Below are positions 10,528 through 20,568 of a DNA stretch of 64,000 nucleotides, piece after piece. The DNA is from Dehalococcoidia bacterium (GTDB taxonomy: Bacteria; Chloroflexota; Dehalococcoidia; UBA2979). A program made the translations under genes and the position numbers. Under the pieces are notes generated by a model, which was not told the DNA's origin, did no database searches, and saw only the letters and a list, made by a program, of their open reading frames with translations. Within the stretch, counting starts at the first letter, position 1. Each line of letters starts with the position of its first letter. The stretch is from the NCBI GenBank assembly GCA_965219085.1, contig OZ244720.1, forward strand, positions 1,568,001 to 1,632,000, given 5' to 3'.

Positions 10528-11159
10528 GACCCCCTGACGCCGTCACCGGAACCACGGCGCCGCCGGGCGCCCCCGAGACCGCACCGCCGCTGGTGCCCGC
10601 TCCGCTCGTACCGGAGATGCCGCCGACGGAACACCCGGCCGAGGCCCCTCGCCTCGTGCCGATCGAGCCCGTACCGGGCAAGGCGCTCTACCGCGTCGTG
10701 CTCCCGGGCGTGATGCAGGTGCCTGCCGACCTCGTGCTCGCCGCGTCGCGCAAGTCCTCGCTGTGGCCGATGACGTTCGGGCTGGCGTGCTGCGCGATCG
10801 AGATGATCGCGACGTATATGGCCCACTACGACCTCGACCGCTTCGGGATCGTGCCGTGGCCGTCGCCGCGCCAGTCCGACGTGATGATCGTCGCCGGCAC
10901 GGTGACCAAGAAGATGGCGCCCGCCGTCAAGCTGCTCTACGAGCAGATGCCGAACCCCAAGTGGGTGATCTCGATGGGCGCGTGCGCCACCAACGGCGGC
11001 CCCTACACCCGCTACGACCGAGTCCTCCAGGGCGTCGACAAGATCGTGCCCGTCGACGTCTACGTGCCGGGCTGCCCGCCGCGGCCGGAGGCGCTCCTCG
11101 ATGGCTTCGTCGCCCTCCAGGAGAAGATCATGGAGGAGCGGGGAGCGACCGGTCGATGA
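10518..11159 (+). CDS. nuoB: NADH-quinone oxidoreductase subunit B
   Basis: [41 protein letters not shown]; start approximate. Confidence 0.95.
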   Translation: MALRPPDAVTGTTAPPGAPETAPPLVPAPLVPEMPPTEHPAEAPRLVPIEPVPGKALYRVVLPGVMQVPADLVLAASRKSSLWPMTFGLACCAIEMIATYMAHYDLDRFGIVPWPSPRQSDVMIVAGTVTKKMAPAVKLLYEQMPNPKWVISMGACATNGGPYTRYDRVLQGVDKIVPVDVYVPGCPPRPEALLDGFVALQEKIMEERGATGR

Positions 11160-11692
11160 CGACCGACGAGTCCAACGGCGCTCCCGAGTCCTTCGACGAC
11201 ACCATCTGGGGCATCGTCGACACGGCGCTCGCCGGCATCACCGCCGACGCCGAGCGCGGCGCGCAGGACCTCATCGTGTTCATCCCGAAGGGTGAACTCT
11301 CGCGTGGGCTGCGCGCGCTGCGGTCGAACGAGACACTCGCGTTCGACTACCTCCGCAACCTCACCGCGATCGACTGGGAGGAGGAGGGCATCGACGTGGT
11401 GTACCACCTCTACTCCTCCGAGCACCGCCACAACCTGACCGTGAAGTGCCACCTCGACAACGCCGACCTCACGCTCGACACCGCGACGACGGTGTGGCGC
11501 GCGGCGGGCTGGCTCGAGCGCGAGACGGCTGAGATGTTCGGCGTGCGCTTCGACGGCCACCCGGACCCGCGCCCGCTGCTGCTGCCCGAGGACATGGACG
11601 ACACGTTCCCGCTGCGCAAGGATCACCCGCTCGCGGAGATCGAGGTGCTGCAGGGCGAAGGCATCGCCTACGCAGAGGAGGCGTTCGAATGA
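11156..11692 (+). CDS. nuoC: NADH-quinone oxidoreductase subunit C
   Basis: [25 protein letters not shown]...PLRKD. Confidence 0.93.
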   Translation: MTTDESNGAPESFDDTIWGIVDTALAGITADAERGAQDLIVFIPKGELSRGLRALRSNETLAFDYLRNLTAIDWEEEGIDVVYHLYSSEHRHNLTVKCHLDNADLTLDTATTVWRAAGWLERETAEMFGVRFDGHPDPRPLLLPEDMDDTFPLRKDHPLAEIEVLQGEGIAYAEEAFE

Positions 11693-12822
11693 CCCAGCCT
11701 CCCCCGGTGCTCGACCACGAGTTCGAGACCGAGGACATCTTCATCAACATGGGGCCGCAGCACCCCTCGACGCATGGCGTCTTCCGCATGGTGCTGACGA
11801 TCGACGGTGAGATGGTCACCAACGTGGTCCCACACGTCGGCTACATGCACCGCGGGGCCGAGAAGCTCTGCGAGACCATGGACTACCGCCAGGGCATCGG
11901 CTACATGGACCGCACGGAGTACCTGGCGAACTTCAACGCCGAGCTCTCCTACGTGATGGCCGTCGAGCGCCTCGCCGAGCTCGAGGTCCCCGAGCGCGCG
12001 CAGTGGATCCGCATGATCCTCTGCGAGCTCAACCGGCTGTCCAGCCACTTCATGTTCCTCGGCGCGTTCGGCACGGACGTGGGCGTGTTCGGCACGGCCT
12101 TCGTCTACGGGTTCAAGAACCGCGAGGTGGTCCAGGACCTGTTCGAGGAGATCACGGGCGATCGCCTGATGTTCGCGTACTTCCGCGCCGGCGGCCTCGC
12201 CTGGGAGGTCCCGGACAACTTCGAGACGCGCGTGCGCGAGGTGCTCAAGAACGCACGCGAGGGCCTCAAGGAACTCGACGGGCTGATGACCCGGAACGAG
12301 ATCTTCCGCGCCCGCACCGAGGGCGTCGGCGTCATTACCGCCGAGGACGCGATCGACTGGGGCATGAGCGGCCCCGCGCTGCGCGCCAGCGGCGTGCCGA
12401 TGGACATCCGCCGCGACGAGCCGTACCTCTACTACGACCAGATGGACTTCGACGTCATCACCGGCGACCACGGCGACGTGTTCGACCGCTTCTACAGCCG
12501 CATCCGCGAGGCCAGCGAGTCGATCAAGATCATCGAGCAGTGCCTCGAGCGGCTCGAGCCCGGGCCGATCGTCCCGGACCGCCTGCCGCGGATGCTGCGC
12601 ACCCCGCCGGGCGAGGTGTACACGCGCACCGAGGCGCCGCGCGGCGAGTTCGGGATCTACCTGGTGAGCAGGGGCGGGAACCGCCCGTACCGGCTCAAGA
12701 TCCGCTCGGCCTGCCTCTCCAACCTGCAAGCACTCCGCGACATGACGATCGGCGGCTATGTCGCCGACGCGGTCGTGGTGCTCGGCTCGCTCGACATCGT
12801 GCTCTGCGAGGTTGACCGATGA
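11689..12822 (+). CDS. nuoD: NADH-quinone oxidoreductase subunit D
   Basis: NMGPQHPSTHGVFR, GYMHRGAEK, EAPRGEFG and terminal SLDIVLCEVDR. Confidence 0.96.
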   Translation: MTQPPPVLDHEFETEDIFINMGPQHPSTHGVFRMVLTIDGEMVTNVVPHVGYMHRGAEKLCETMDYRQGIGYMDRTEYLANFNAELSYVMAVERLAELEVPERAQWIRMILCELNRLSSHFMFLGAFGTDVGVFGTAFVYGFKNREVVQDLFEEITGDRLMFAYFRAGGLAWEVPDNFETRVREVLKNAREGLKELDGLMTRNEIFRARTEGVGVITAEDAIDWGMSGPALRASGVPMDIRRDEPYLYYDQMDFDVITGDHGDVFDRFYSRIREASESIKIIEQCLERLEPGPIVPDRLPRMLRTPPGEVYTRTEAPRGEFGIYLVSRGGNRPYRLKIRSACLSNLQALRDMTIGGYVADAVVVLGSLDIVLCEVDR

Positions 12823-13961
12823 ACGTCGGCCTGTTCGGCATCGAGAACGTGAACATCTGGGTTGACGCCGTCATCCGGCTCCAGCTCATCGTCGCGCTCA
12901 TGACGGTGGTGGTGATGGGGCTCATCTACGGCGAGCGGAAGCTGATCGCGCGCTTCCAGTACCGCCTCGGTCCGACGCGCACGGGCCCGGTCGGCATCCT
13001 GCAGTCGCTCGCCGACGCGCTGAAGCTGGTCGGCAAGGAGGACCTGCGGCCGCGCGGCGCGGACCCGTGGGTGTTCGAGCTGGCCGTCTACTTCGTCTTC
13101 GTCCCGGTGTTCCTCGGCTTCGTGGCCGTGCCGTTCGCGTTCGACTGGAACGTGCGGGTGCTCGAGCTCGGGCTGTTCTACATCATTGCCGTGAGCTCGG
13201 TGAACATCGTCGGGTGGGTGATGGCCGGCTGGGCGTCGGACAACCGTTACGCGATGCTGGGCGCACTGCGCGCCGCCGCGCAGGGCATCTCCTACGAGCT
13301 CCCGCTGATCCTCTCGCTCATCGCCGTCTCGATGGTGGTGAGCACCGACGCCGGGCGCGGCTCGCTCAACCTCGCTGTGATCGTGGCCGAGCAGGGCCAC
13401 ATCCCGTACATCGTGTGGCAGCCGCTGGCGTTCGCGATCTTCTACGTCGCGATGCTGGCCGAGTTGAACCGCACCCCGTTCGACATCCCGGTCGGTGAGT
13501 CCGAGGTGGTGGGCGGGCCGTTCGTCGAGTACAGCGGGATCCGCTGGTCGATGTTCTTCCTGGGCGAATACGCCGGGCTGTTCATCCTCGCGCTGGTCGG
13601 CGCCGCGGTGTTCCTCGGAGGCTGGGCGTGGCCGCTCGGCGAGGAGATCGGGACGGTGTGGCAGCTGGCGCTGACGGCCGTAAAGGCGCTGTTCCTCATC
13701 TTCACCGTGTTCTGGGTACGCGTGACGATGCCACGGATGCGCATCGACCAGCTCATGGGCTTCTCCTGGAAGGTCCTGCTGCCGATGTCGTTCGCGCTGA
13801 TCCTCGTCAACGGGCTGATCCTGGTGTACGACTGGCCGGACGTGGCCCTGCTGGCGGGGAACCTCGTCGGCCTCGCGGCGCTGTACCTGATCGTCGACCG
13901 AGGCATCACGCGACGGCGGGTGCGGCCGCCCGCGCGGGCGGGCGCGCCCACTACCGCGTAA
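12819..13961 (+). CDS. nuoH: NADH-quinone oxidoreductase subunit H
   Basis: ERKLIARFQYRLGP, LADALKL..KE, AELNRTPFDIP..ESE, PRMRIDQL. Confidence 0.95.
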   Translation: MNVGLFGIENVNIWVDAVIRLQLIVALMTVVVMGLIYGERKLIARFQYRLGPTRTGPVGILQSLADALKLVGKEDLRPRGADPWVFELAVYFVFVPVFLGFVAVPFAFDWNVRVLELGLFYIIAVSSVNIVGWVMAGWASDNRYAMLGALRAAAQGISYELPLILSLIAVSMVVSTDAGRGSLNLAVIVAEQGHIPYIVWQPLAFAIFYVAMLAELNRTPFDIPVGESEVVGGPFVEYSGIRWSMFFLGEYAGLFILALVGAAVFLGGWAWPLGEEIGTVWQLALTAVKALFLIFTVFWVRVTMPRMRIDQLMGFSWKVLLPMSFALILVNGLILVYDWPDVALLAGNLVGLAALYLIVDRGITRRRVRPPARAGAPTTA

Positions 13962-13987
13962 GGAACGATCGTGAAAGGCTCCGCGAC

Positions 13988-14461
13988 ATGAAGGGCGTAC
14001 TGAAAAGCATGGCCGTGACGATGAACGCATTCGTGCGTCGGCCCGTCACGCGCCAGTACCCCGAGCAGCATCGCGCCCTGCCTGAGCGCGACCGCGCGTT
14101 CCCCCTCCTGCTGTGGGACGACGACATCGATGAGCCGTACTGCACGGGCTGCCACGCCTGCGAGCGGGCCTGCCCGGTGGAGTGCATGACGGTGCTGATG
14201 AAGGACAACCCCAACCACGAGAGCGTGGGCGGGGACTCCCGGCGCCGCAAGATCATCGACAAGTTCTGGATTGACTACGCCCGCTGCATGCGCTGCAACA
14301 TCTGCGTCGAGGTCTGCAACTTCGAGGCCATCGCCATGAACAACACATGGACCGGCCACGAGATTTCAGTCTACGACCGTGCAGACCTGGTCATGGACCT
14401 GCCGCAGCTGCTCGCGCAGCACAAGGCGGGCGAACTCGATGAGTGGGTCGCCGACATCTAG
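13988..14461 (+). CDS. nuoI: NADH-quinone oxidoreductase subunit I
   Basis: TRQYPE; two 4Fe-4S motifs CTGCHACERACP and CMRCNICVEVC. Confidence 0.93.
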   Translation: MKGVLKSMAVTMNAFVRRPVTRQYPEQHRALPERDRAFPLLLWDDDIDEPYCTGCHACERACPVECMTVLMKDNPNHESVGGDSRRRKIIDKFWIDYARCMRCNICVEVCNFEAIAMNNTWTGHEISVYDRADLVMDLPQLLAQHKAGELDEWVADI

Positions 14462-14497
14462 GTCGGTCCCGATCCGGAGCGTGGTACAGGGCCTGAC

Positions 14498-15211
14498 GTG
14501 ATCGACCGCTTACCGCTCCCTGCCGCACTCGACGCCCTGGTGCGTCGTGTCTTCTACCCGGAAGGGTCATTCCGGGTGCCGCTGCCCCCCCAGCTCGACC
14601 GCGTGATCATCTTCGGCGGGCTCCTCGCCGGGGCAGTGCTGACGCCGATCCTGCTCGTGCTGATCGTGCTGCTGGCCTTCAACGTCCTGACGGCGCCCGA
14701 GCTGGTCTTCTGGCTCGCCTCCGCCATCATCGTCGGCGGCGCACTCGGAGCGGTGCTGCTCAGGAACATCGTCCACGCCACGTTGTGCCTGGTCGTGACC
14801 TTGCTCGGCGTGGCGGCGATCTTCCTGCTGCTGGGCTCCGAGTTCCTCGCACTCGTGCAAGTCCTTGTCTATGGCGGCGGCGTCACCGTGCTGCTGCTGT
14901 TCGGTCTCATGCTCACCAACGCGACCGATGACCCCATCGTCTCCGACGGGGCGCAGAAGCCGTTCGCGTTCATCGTGGGCATCGCGCTCGCGGGCCTCCT
15001 CGCCGTGGCGCTGGTCGACCAGGTCTGGGGGGCGCCGACGGCGTCGACCGTCCCGTTCCGGGAGCTCGGCGTGCGGCTCTTCCGCGACTTCGGTGCGCCG
15101 TTCGAGATCGCCTCGCTCGTGCTCATCATCGCGCTCATCGGCGCCATCGCGATCGCGCGGCGCGACCTGCCCGAGGACACTGAGGACACGGCGACGGGAG
15201 ACGGCGCCTGA
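14498..15211 (+). CDS. nuoJ: NADH-quinone oxidoreductase subunit J (N-terminally extended)
   Basis: NIVHATLCL...EFLALVQVLVYGGGVTVLLLFGLML...PFEIASLVL. Confidence 0.9.
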   Translation: MIDRLPLPAALDALVRRVFYPEGSFRVPLPPQLDRVIIFGGLLAGAVLTPILLVLIVLLAFNVLTAPELVFWLASAIIVGGALGAVLLRNIVHATLCLVVTLLGVAAIFLLLGSEFLALVQVLVYGGGVTVLLLFGLMLTNATDDPIVSDGAQKPFAFIVGIALAGLLAVALVDQVWGAPTASTVPFRELGVRLFRDFGAPFEIASLVLIIALIGAIAIARRDLPEDTEDTATGDGA

Positions 15212-15528
15212 TGGCCGGCGACATCCCGATGGAGAACTTCCTGATCCTCTCGGCCGTCCTGTTCGGGATCGGCTTCTATGGGGTGCTGGCGCGGCGCAGC
15301 GCGATCCTCATCCTTGTCTCGGTCGAACTCATGCTCGCCGCGGTCACGATCAACATGGTCGCGTTCGCGACCTACCTCGACCCGGACCGGTTCACCGGCA
15401 TCATCTTCGCGATCTTCGTCATCACCGTCGCCGCGGCCGAGGTCGGCCTCGCGCTCGGCATCGTGTTGCGGCTGTTCCGCGAACGGCAGACGGCGATGGT
15501 CGACGAAGCGAGCGATCTCAAGTGGTAG
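15211..15528 (+). CDS. nuoK: NADH-quinone oxidoreductase subunit K
   Basis: LF.IG.YGVL.RR...SVELML...VAAAEVGLAL. Confidence 0.95.
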   Translation: MAGDIPMENFLILSAVLFGIGFYGVLARRSAILILVSVELMLAAVTINMVAFATYLDPDRFTGIIFAIFVITVAAAEVGLALGIVLRLFRERQTAMVDEASDLKW

Positions 15529-15596
15529 GCGCGCGCGCCATGCAGTCATTCCAGATCGCGGCTGCCGCCGCGCGGCAGGCCGGGGAGTAGCGCGGT

Positions 15597-17522
15597 ATGG
15601 GTATGGAGCAGGTCTGGCTGCTGCCGGCGATCCCCGCGGTGCTGTTCGCACTGATGGCGCTCTTCAGCCGCGTCGTCCCGCGGCGCGGCGACTTCATCGT
15701 GATCCTCGGGATGGCGGCGGTCGTCGTGCTCTCGCTGCTCGTCCTGCTGGACTTCCAGGGCAGCTTCAAGGACGGGCACTTCGCGCCCGGCGACAGCAAC
15801 GTGTACGCGTTCGTGTGGGCCGAGATCAGCACCGGCGTCGTCGACAACCTGCTGCTGATCGAGTTCAGCACGTACGTCGACGGCATCACCGTGCTCATGC
15901 TGGCCGTGGTCAGCATCGTAACGCTGATGGTGATGATCTACTCGGTCGGCTACATGCAGGGCGAGGCGCGCTACGGGTGGTACTTCGCGGCGCTGTCCGG
16001 CTTCGGCGCGGCGATGCTCTTGCTCGTCGTCTCCGGCAACCTGCTGCTGCTCTACCTCTCGTGGGAGGCGGTCGGCCTCGCCTCGTACCTGCTGATCGGC
16101 TTCTACTGGGAGCGCCAGACGGCCGCCGAGGCGGCGAAGAAGGCGTTCATCACCACGCGCATCGGCGATGTGGGCCTGCTGATCGGGATCATCCTGCTGT
16201 GGCGCGGGGCCGGCTCGTTCGACATCCAGGAGATCATCCACTTCGCCGAGGCGGGCGGGTACAGCGACGTCTACCTGACCGTCTCGATGCTTATGGTCTT
16301 CGCCGGCGCCGCCGGCAAGTCCGCGCAGTTCCCGTTCCACGTCTGGCTGCCCGACGCGATGGAGGGCCCCACGCCCGTCAGCGCGCTCATCCACGCCGCG
16401 ACCATGGTCGTCGCCGGCGTCTACCTCGTCGCGCGCATGATGCCGGTGTTCGACGTGGCGCTCGTGGCGCGCGACGTGGTGCTGTACATCGGCCTCACGA
16501 CCGCCGTGCTCGGAGCCACGCTCGGCCTCGTGACGAGCGACATCAAGCGCGTGCTCGCGTATTCGACGGTGTCGCAACTCGGGTTCATGTTTGTCGCGCT
16601 CGGCGTCGGGTCGGTGACGGCGGCGATGTTCCACCTGTTCACGCACGCCTTCTTCAAGTCGCTACTGTTCCTCGGCGCCGGTTCGGTCATCCACGCGACC
16701 GAGCAGCAGGTCGTCGAGTCGCTGGGCGGGCTGTGGCGCAAGATGCCGGCCACGACGCTGCTGTTCGCGCTCGGCTCGCTCGCGTTGGCGGGGATCATTC
16801 CGCTCGCCGGGTTCTGGTCGAAGGACGAGATCCTGCTCGTGCTGCGCGACGGCGCCGCGTTCGGGCCGTTCGTGCTCCTCGCCGCGACCGCGGCGCTGAC
16901 CGCGATCTACACCACGCGCCTGGTGCTGCTGACCTTCTTCGGCGCGCCCAAGGACCAGCAAGCCTACGACCACGCGCACGAGTCGCCGCCCGTCATGGTG
17001 CTGCCGATGGTGCTGCTATGCCTGCTCGCGGTCATCGCCGGCTTTATCGCCCTCGACCCCGTCGGCAGGGTGCTCGGCTTCACGGGTGGCATCGGCGAGG
17101 TCGTGTTCACGCAGGGCCACGAGGGGCACGCGTTCGCGCTCGACGCGACGATCGCGCTGGGCGCGACGCTGTCGGCCCTCGCCGGCATCGCCATCGGGTT
17201 CATGTACTGGTCGGGCGCAGCCGAGCGCGCCGTCCGCGCACGGCAGTGGGCGCCGGAGTTCCACGACCTGCTGGTCAACCGCTACTACATCGACCACCTC
17301 TACCAGTTCGCCATCGACAAGGTGGTGTTCGGGCTGGCCACGGTCGTGGCGTACTTCGACCGCTGGGTGGTGAACGAGACGGGTGTCGACGGGAGCGCGC
17401 AGGGCATCAGCTTCGCGGGCTACCGGCTCAAGTTCTTGCAGACCGGCCGCATTCCGAACTACGCGCTGGCGATGGCCATTGGTGTCGTCGTCCTGGCGCT
17501 CGTCGCGGTCGGCCGGACGTAA
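15597..17522 (+). CDS. nuoL: NADH-quinone oxidoreductase subunit L
   Basis: GKSAQFPFHVWLPDAMEGPTPVSALIHAATMV, DIKRVLAYST.SQLG, HAFFK.LLFL. Confidence 0.96.
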   Translation: MGMEQVWLLPAIPAVLFALMALFSRVVPRRGDFIVILGMAAVVVLSLLVLLDFQGSFKDGHFAPGDSNVYAFVWAEISTGVVDNLLLIEFSTYVDGITVLMLAVVSIVTLMVMIYSVGYMQGEARYGWYFAALSGFGAAMLLLVVSGNLLLLYLSWEAVGLASYLLIGFYWERQTAAEAAKKAFITTRIGDVGLLIGIILLWRGAGSFDIQEIIHFAEAGGYSDVYLTVSMLMVFAGAAGKSAQFPFHVWLPDAMEGPTPVSALIHAATMVVAGVYLVARMMPVFDVALVARDVVLYIGLTTAVLGATLGLVTSDIKRVLAYSTVSQLGFMFVALGVGSVTAAMFHLFTHAFFKSLLFLGAGSVIHATEQQVVESLGGLWRKMPATTLLFALGSLALAGIIPLAGFWSKDEILLVLRDGAAFGPFVLLAATAALTAIYTTRLVLLTFFGAPKDQQAYDHAHESPPVMVLPMVLLCLLAVIAGFIALDPVGRVLGFTGGIGEVVFTQGHEGHAFALDATIALGATLSALAGIAIGFMYWSGAAERAVRARQWAPEFHDLLVNRYYIDHLYQFAIDKVVFGLATVVAYFDRWVVNETGVDGSAQGISFAGYRLKFLQTGRIPNYALAMAIGVVVLALVAVGRT

Positions 17523-17550
17523 GGCAGAGGGTCGAGGGTCTCGAGGAACG

Positions 17551-19041
17551 ATGACGGCGAACGAAGGCTACCTGCTCCTCTCGCTCCCGCTGATCCCAAT
17601 GGGCACAGCGGTGCTGCTCATGTTCGTCCCCTCGGGCGAGCGGACGCTGATCCGCATCGTCACGGGCGCGGCATCGGTCGCGATGTTCGCGATCTCCGTC
17701 TACGTGTTCTTCGCGTTCGACTACCGCGGCGAGCAGTTCCAGGGCGTACTCGCGTGGCCGTGGTTCGAGAACGTCGGGTTCCTCGGCGATAACGGGGTGC
17801 AGCTCAAGGTTGGCGTCGACGGCATCGCCGCGCCGATGGTGCTGCTGACCGGGATCGTGATCCTGACCGGGACGTGGGTGTCCTGGAAGCAGGAGCACCG
17901 CACGAAGGACTTCTTCATCCTGCTATTCGTGCTCGTCGCCGGGGTCTACGGCACGTTCGTCGCGCTCGACCTGTTCTTCTGGTTCCTGCTCTACGAGACC
18001 GCGGTGCTGCCGATGTACCTGCTCATCGGGGTGTGGGGCTCGGGCCGGCGCGAGTACGGCGCGATGAAGCTGATGATGATGCTCGTCGCGGCCTCGATCC
18101 TGATCTTCACCGCCATCTTCGGCATCTTCACCGAGGCCGGCCTCGGCACGTTCGACCTGCCGGCGCTGTTCGACGCCACCTATGACCCGACGTTCCAGAA
18201 GATCATGTTCCCGCTGGTCGTGCTCGGCTGCGGCACGCTGGGCGGCATCTTCCCGCTCCACCCGTGGTCGCCGGACGGCCACGCCGCCGCGCCCACGGCC
18301 GTGTCGATGCTGCACGCGGGCGTGCTGATGAAGCTGGGCGCGTTCGGCATCATCCGCCTGGGCTTCCAGATCCTGCCGGAGGGCGGCGAGTTCTGGGCGC
18401 CGGCGCTGCTCACGCTTGGTATCGTCGGCGCGCTCTACGGCGCGATCGGCGCGATGCGCCAGACCGACTTCAAGCTGATGACCGGTTTCTCCTCGATCTC
18501 GCACATGGGCTACGTGTTCCTGGGGCTCGGCACGCTCAACCTCATCGGCATGAGCGGCGCGGTGCTGCAGATGTTCGCGCACGGCGTGATGACGGCGCTG
18601 TTCTTCCTCCTCATCGGCGCGCTCTACGACCAGTCGCACGACCGCGAGATCACGCACTTCTCGGGCATGGCGAAGCAGATGCCGGTGTGGGCCGTGTTCT
18701 TCGTCATCGCCGGCCTCGCGTCGTTCGGCCTGCCCGGGCTGTCCGGGTTCATCGCCGAGGTGCATATCTTCATCGGCGCGTTCCGGGCCTACCCCATCGT
18801 CGGCGGGCTGGCGGTGTTCACCGCCGCCATCACCGCGACGTACCTGCTGCGCATGTTCGCGCGCACCTTCTTCGGCGAGGTCGACCCGCGCTGGAGCAGC
18901 ATCGGCGAGATCACCTGGGCCGAACGGGCCGGGGCGACCGTGCTCTCGATCTCGATCTTCGCGCTCGGCCTCTGGCCCGCGCCGTGGATCGACCGCATCG
19001 CGATGGGCCTTGAGATGGGCATTCCCGAGGTGCTGTCGTGA
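17551..19041 (+). CDS. nuoM: NADH-quinone oxidoreductase subunit M
   Basis: GVDGI, FPLHPWSPDGHAAAPT..SM.HAGVLMKLG, SSISHMG, GLPGLSGF. Confidence 0.95.
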   Translation: MTANEGYLLLSLPLIPMGTAVLLMFVPSGERTLIRIVTGAASVAMFAISVYVFFAFDYRGEQFQGVLAWPWFENVGFLGDNGVQLKVGVDGIAAPMVLLTGIVILTGTWVSWKQEHRTKDFFILLFVLVAGVYGTFVALDLFFWFLLYETAVLPMYLLIGVWGSGRREYGAMKLMMMLVAASILIFTAIFGIFTEAGLGTFDLPALFDATYDPTFQKIMFPLVVLGCGTLGGIFPLHPWSPDGHAAAPTAVSMLHAGVLMKLGAFGIIRLGFQILPEGGEFWAPALLTLGIVGALYGAIGAMRQTDFKLMTGFSSISHMGYVFLGLGTLNLIGMSGAVLQMFAHGVMTALFFLLIGALYDQSHDREITHFSGMAKQMPVWAVFFVIAGLASFGLPGLSGFIAEVHIFIGAFRAYPIVGGLAVFTAAITATYLLRMFARTFFGEVDPRWSSIGEITWAERAGATVLSISIFALGLWPAPWIDRIAMGLEMGIPEVLS

Positions 19042-20489
19042 GCGGCCTGAACTTCGAGTACGGACTGCTGCTCCCGGAGTTCATCCTCGTGGGCGCGGCC
19101 GCCGCCGTGCTGATGCTCGACGCGTTCCGCAGCGACCTGCGGATCTCCCGCAACCTGCTGCCCGCCGTCACCGTCCTCGGCGCGCTCGTCGCCGGTGTCG
19201 CCAGCCTGCTCTTCCTCGACCGCGCCCCGACCGACTTCGCGCAACTCATCGCCGTCGATGACTACACGACGTTCTTCCGCATCCTCTTCATCGCGACGCT
19301 GATCGCGATCGTGCTCGGCTCCTACGAGTTCGTGGACCGCCACATCACGCACCAGGGCGAGTTCTACGCCCTGCTGCTCGTCTCGACGATCGGCGCGATC
19401 TACATGGCCGCCGCGCGCGAGCTGCTCACCGCCTACATCTCCATCGAGCTGCTCTCGTTCTCGCTGTACGTCGGCGTCTCGCTCGCCAAGAGCGACACGC
19501 GGTCGGGCGAGGCGGGGCTGAAGTACGTGCTGCTCGGCGGCGTCGCCTCGGCGATGCTGCTCTACGGCCTGAGCCTCATCTACGGCACCACCGGCACGAC
19601 GACCTACGACGGCATCGCCGCGGCGCTCGAGGGCGGCGTGGTCGGCACACCGGCGTTCCTGCTCGGCCTCGCCTTCCTCGTTGGCGGGCTCGGCTTCAAG
19701 GCCTCGGCGGTACCCTTCCACATGTGGACGCCCGACGCCTACGAGGGCGCCCCGCTGCCCATCACCGCCTACATCGCGGCGACCTCGAAGGCGGCGGCGT
19801 TCGCGCTCATGCTCGCGCTGTTCGGCACCGCGCTCGAACCGGCGAAGGCGGACTGGCAGTGGATGCTGGCCTCGCTGGCGGTCGCGACGATGGTCGTGGG
19901 GAACCTGATCGCCATCCAGCAGTCGAACATCAAGCGGCTGCTCGCCTACTCCTCGATCGGCCAGGTCGGCTTCATGCTGATGGCGATCACGACGGTGTCG
20001 GACGCTTCGGGGACCGCGCTGCTGCTGCACCTCGCCGGCTACCTGATCACGAACCTCGCCGTGTTCATCGCGGTGATCGCGTTCTACAACCGCGTGGGGT
20101 CCGAGGAGATCGAGGACTTCCGCGGCCTGGCGGAGACCCAGCCGTACCTCGCGCTCGTGATCACGGCGGGGCTGTTCTCGCTCGGCGGGATGCCGCTGCT
20201 GGCGGGCTTCGTGACGAAGTTCGTGCTGTTCCAGGCGGCCGCCGAGGAGGGCTTCCTCTGGCTCGCGACCGTCGCGGTCATCATGAGCACCGTCTCGCTG
20301 TACTACTACCTGAAGGTCATCCGCCAGATGTACGTGGCGGAGCCCGCCGATGGCGACACGCGCTGGCGGCTCTCACCCGTCGCCTACCTCACGACGGGCG
20401 TGCTGTTCCTCGGCATCTTCCTCGTCGGCCTCTGGGCGACGCCGATCTTCAAGGCCGCCGACGGCGCCTCGGCGATGCTCTTCGGGTAG
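19038..20489 (+). CDS. nuoN: NADH-quinone oxidoreductase subunit N
   Basis: EAGLKY, FKASAVPFHMWTPDAYEGAP, NIKRLLAYSSI, SLGGMP. Confidence 0.95.
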   Translation: MSGLNFEYGLLLPEFILVGAAAAVLMLDAFRSDLRISRNLLPAVTVLGALVAGVASLLFLDRAPTDFAQLIAVDDYTTFFRILFIATLIAIVLGSYEFVDRHITHQGEFYALLLVSTIGAIYMAAARELLTAYISIELLSFSLYVGVSLAKSDTRSGEAGLKYVLLGGVASAMLLYGLSLIYGTTGTTTYDGIAAALEGGVVGTPAFLLGLAFLVGGLGFKASAVPFHMWTPDAYEGAPLPITAYIAATSKAAAFALMLALFGTALEPAKADWQWMLASLAVATMVVGNLIAIQQSNIKRLLAYSSIGQVGFMLMAITTVSDASGTALLLHLAGYLITNLAVFIAVIAFYNRVGSEEIEDFRGLAETQPYLALVITAGLFSLGGMPLLAGFVTKFVLFQAAAEEGFLWLATVAVIMSTVSLYYYLKVIRQMYVAEPADGDTRWRLSPVAYLTTGVLFLGIFLVGLWATPIFKAADGASAMLFG

Positions 20490-20568
20490 GCACGAGGCCG
20501 GGCCGCGACGGCACACGGCCGCTCTCAGCACACACACGGCGAACACGAACCGAAGGAGCGCTGCGCCC

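Noticed and set aside
15540-15590. 16-codon ORF between nuoK and nuoL, in frame with nuoL across a TAG
   Set aside because: nuoL has its own GGGGAG RBS and a normal N-terminus; nothing supports readthrough or pyrrolysine.
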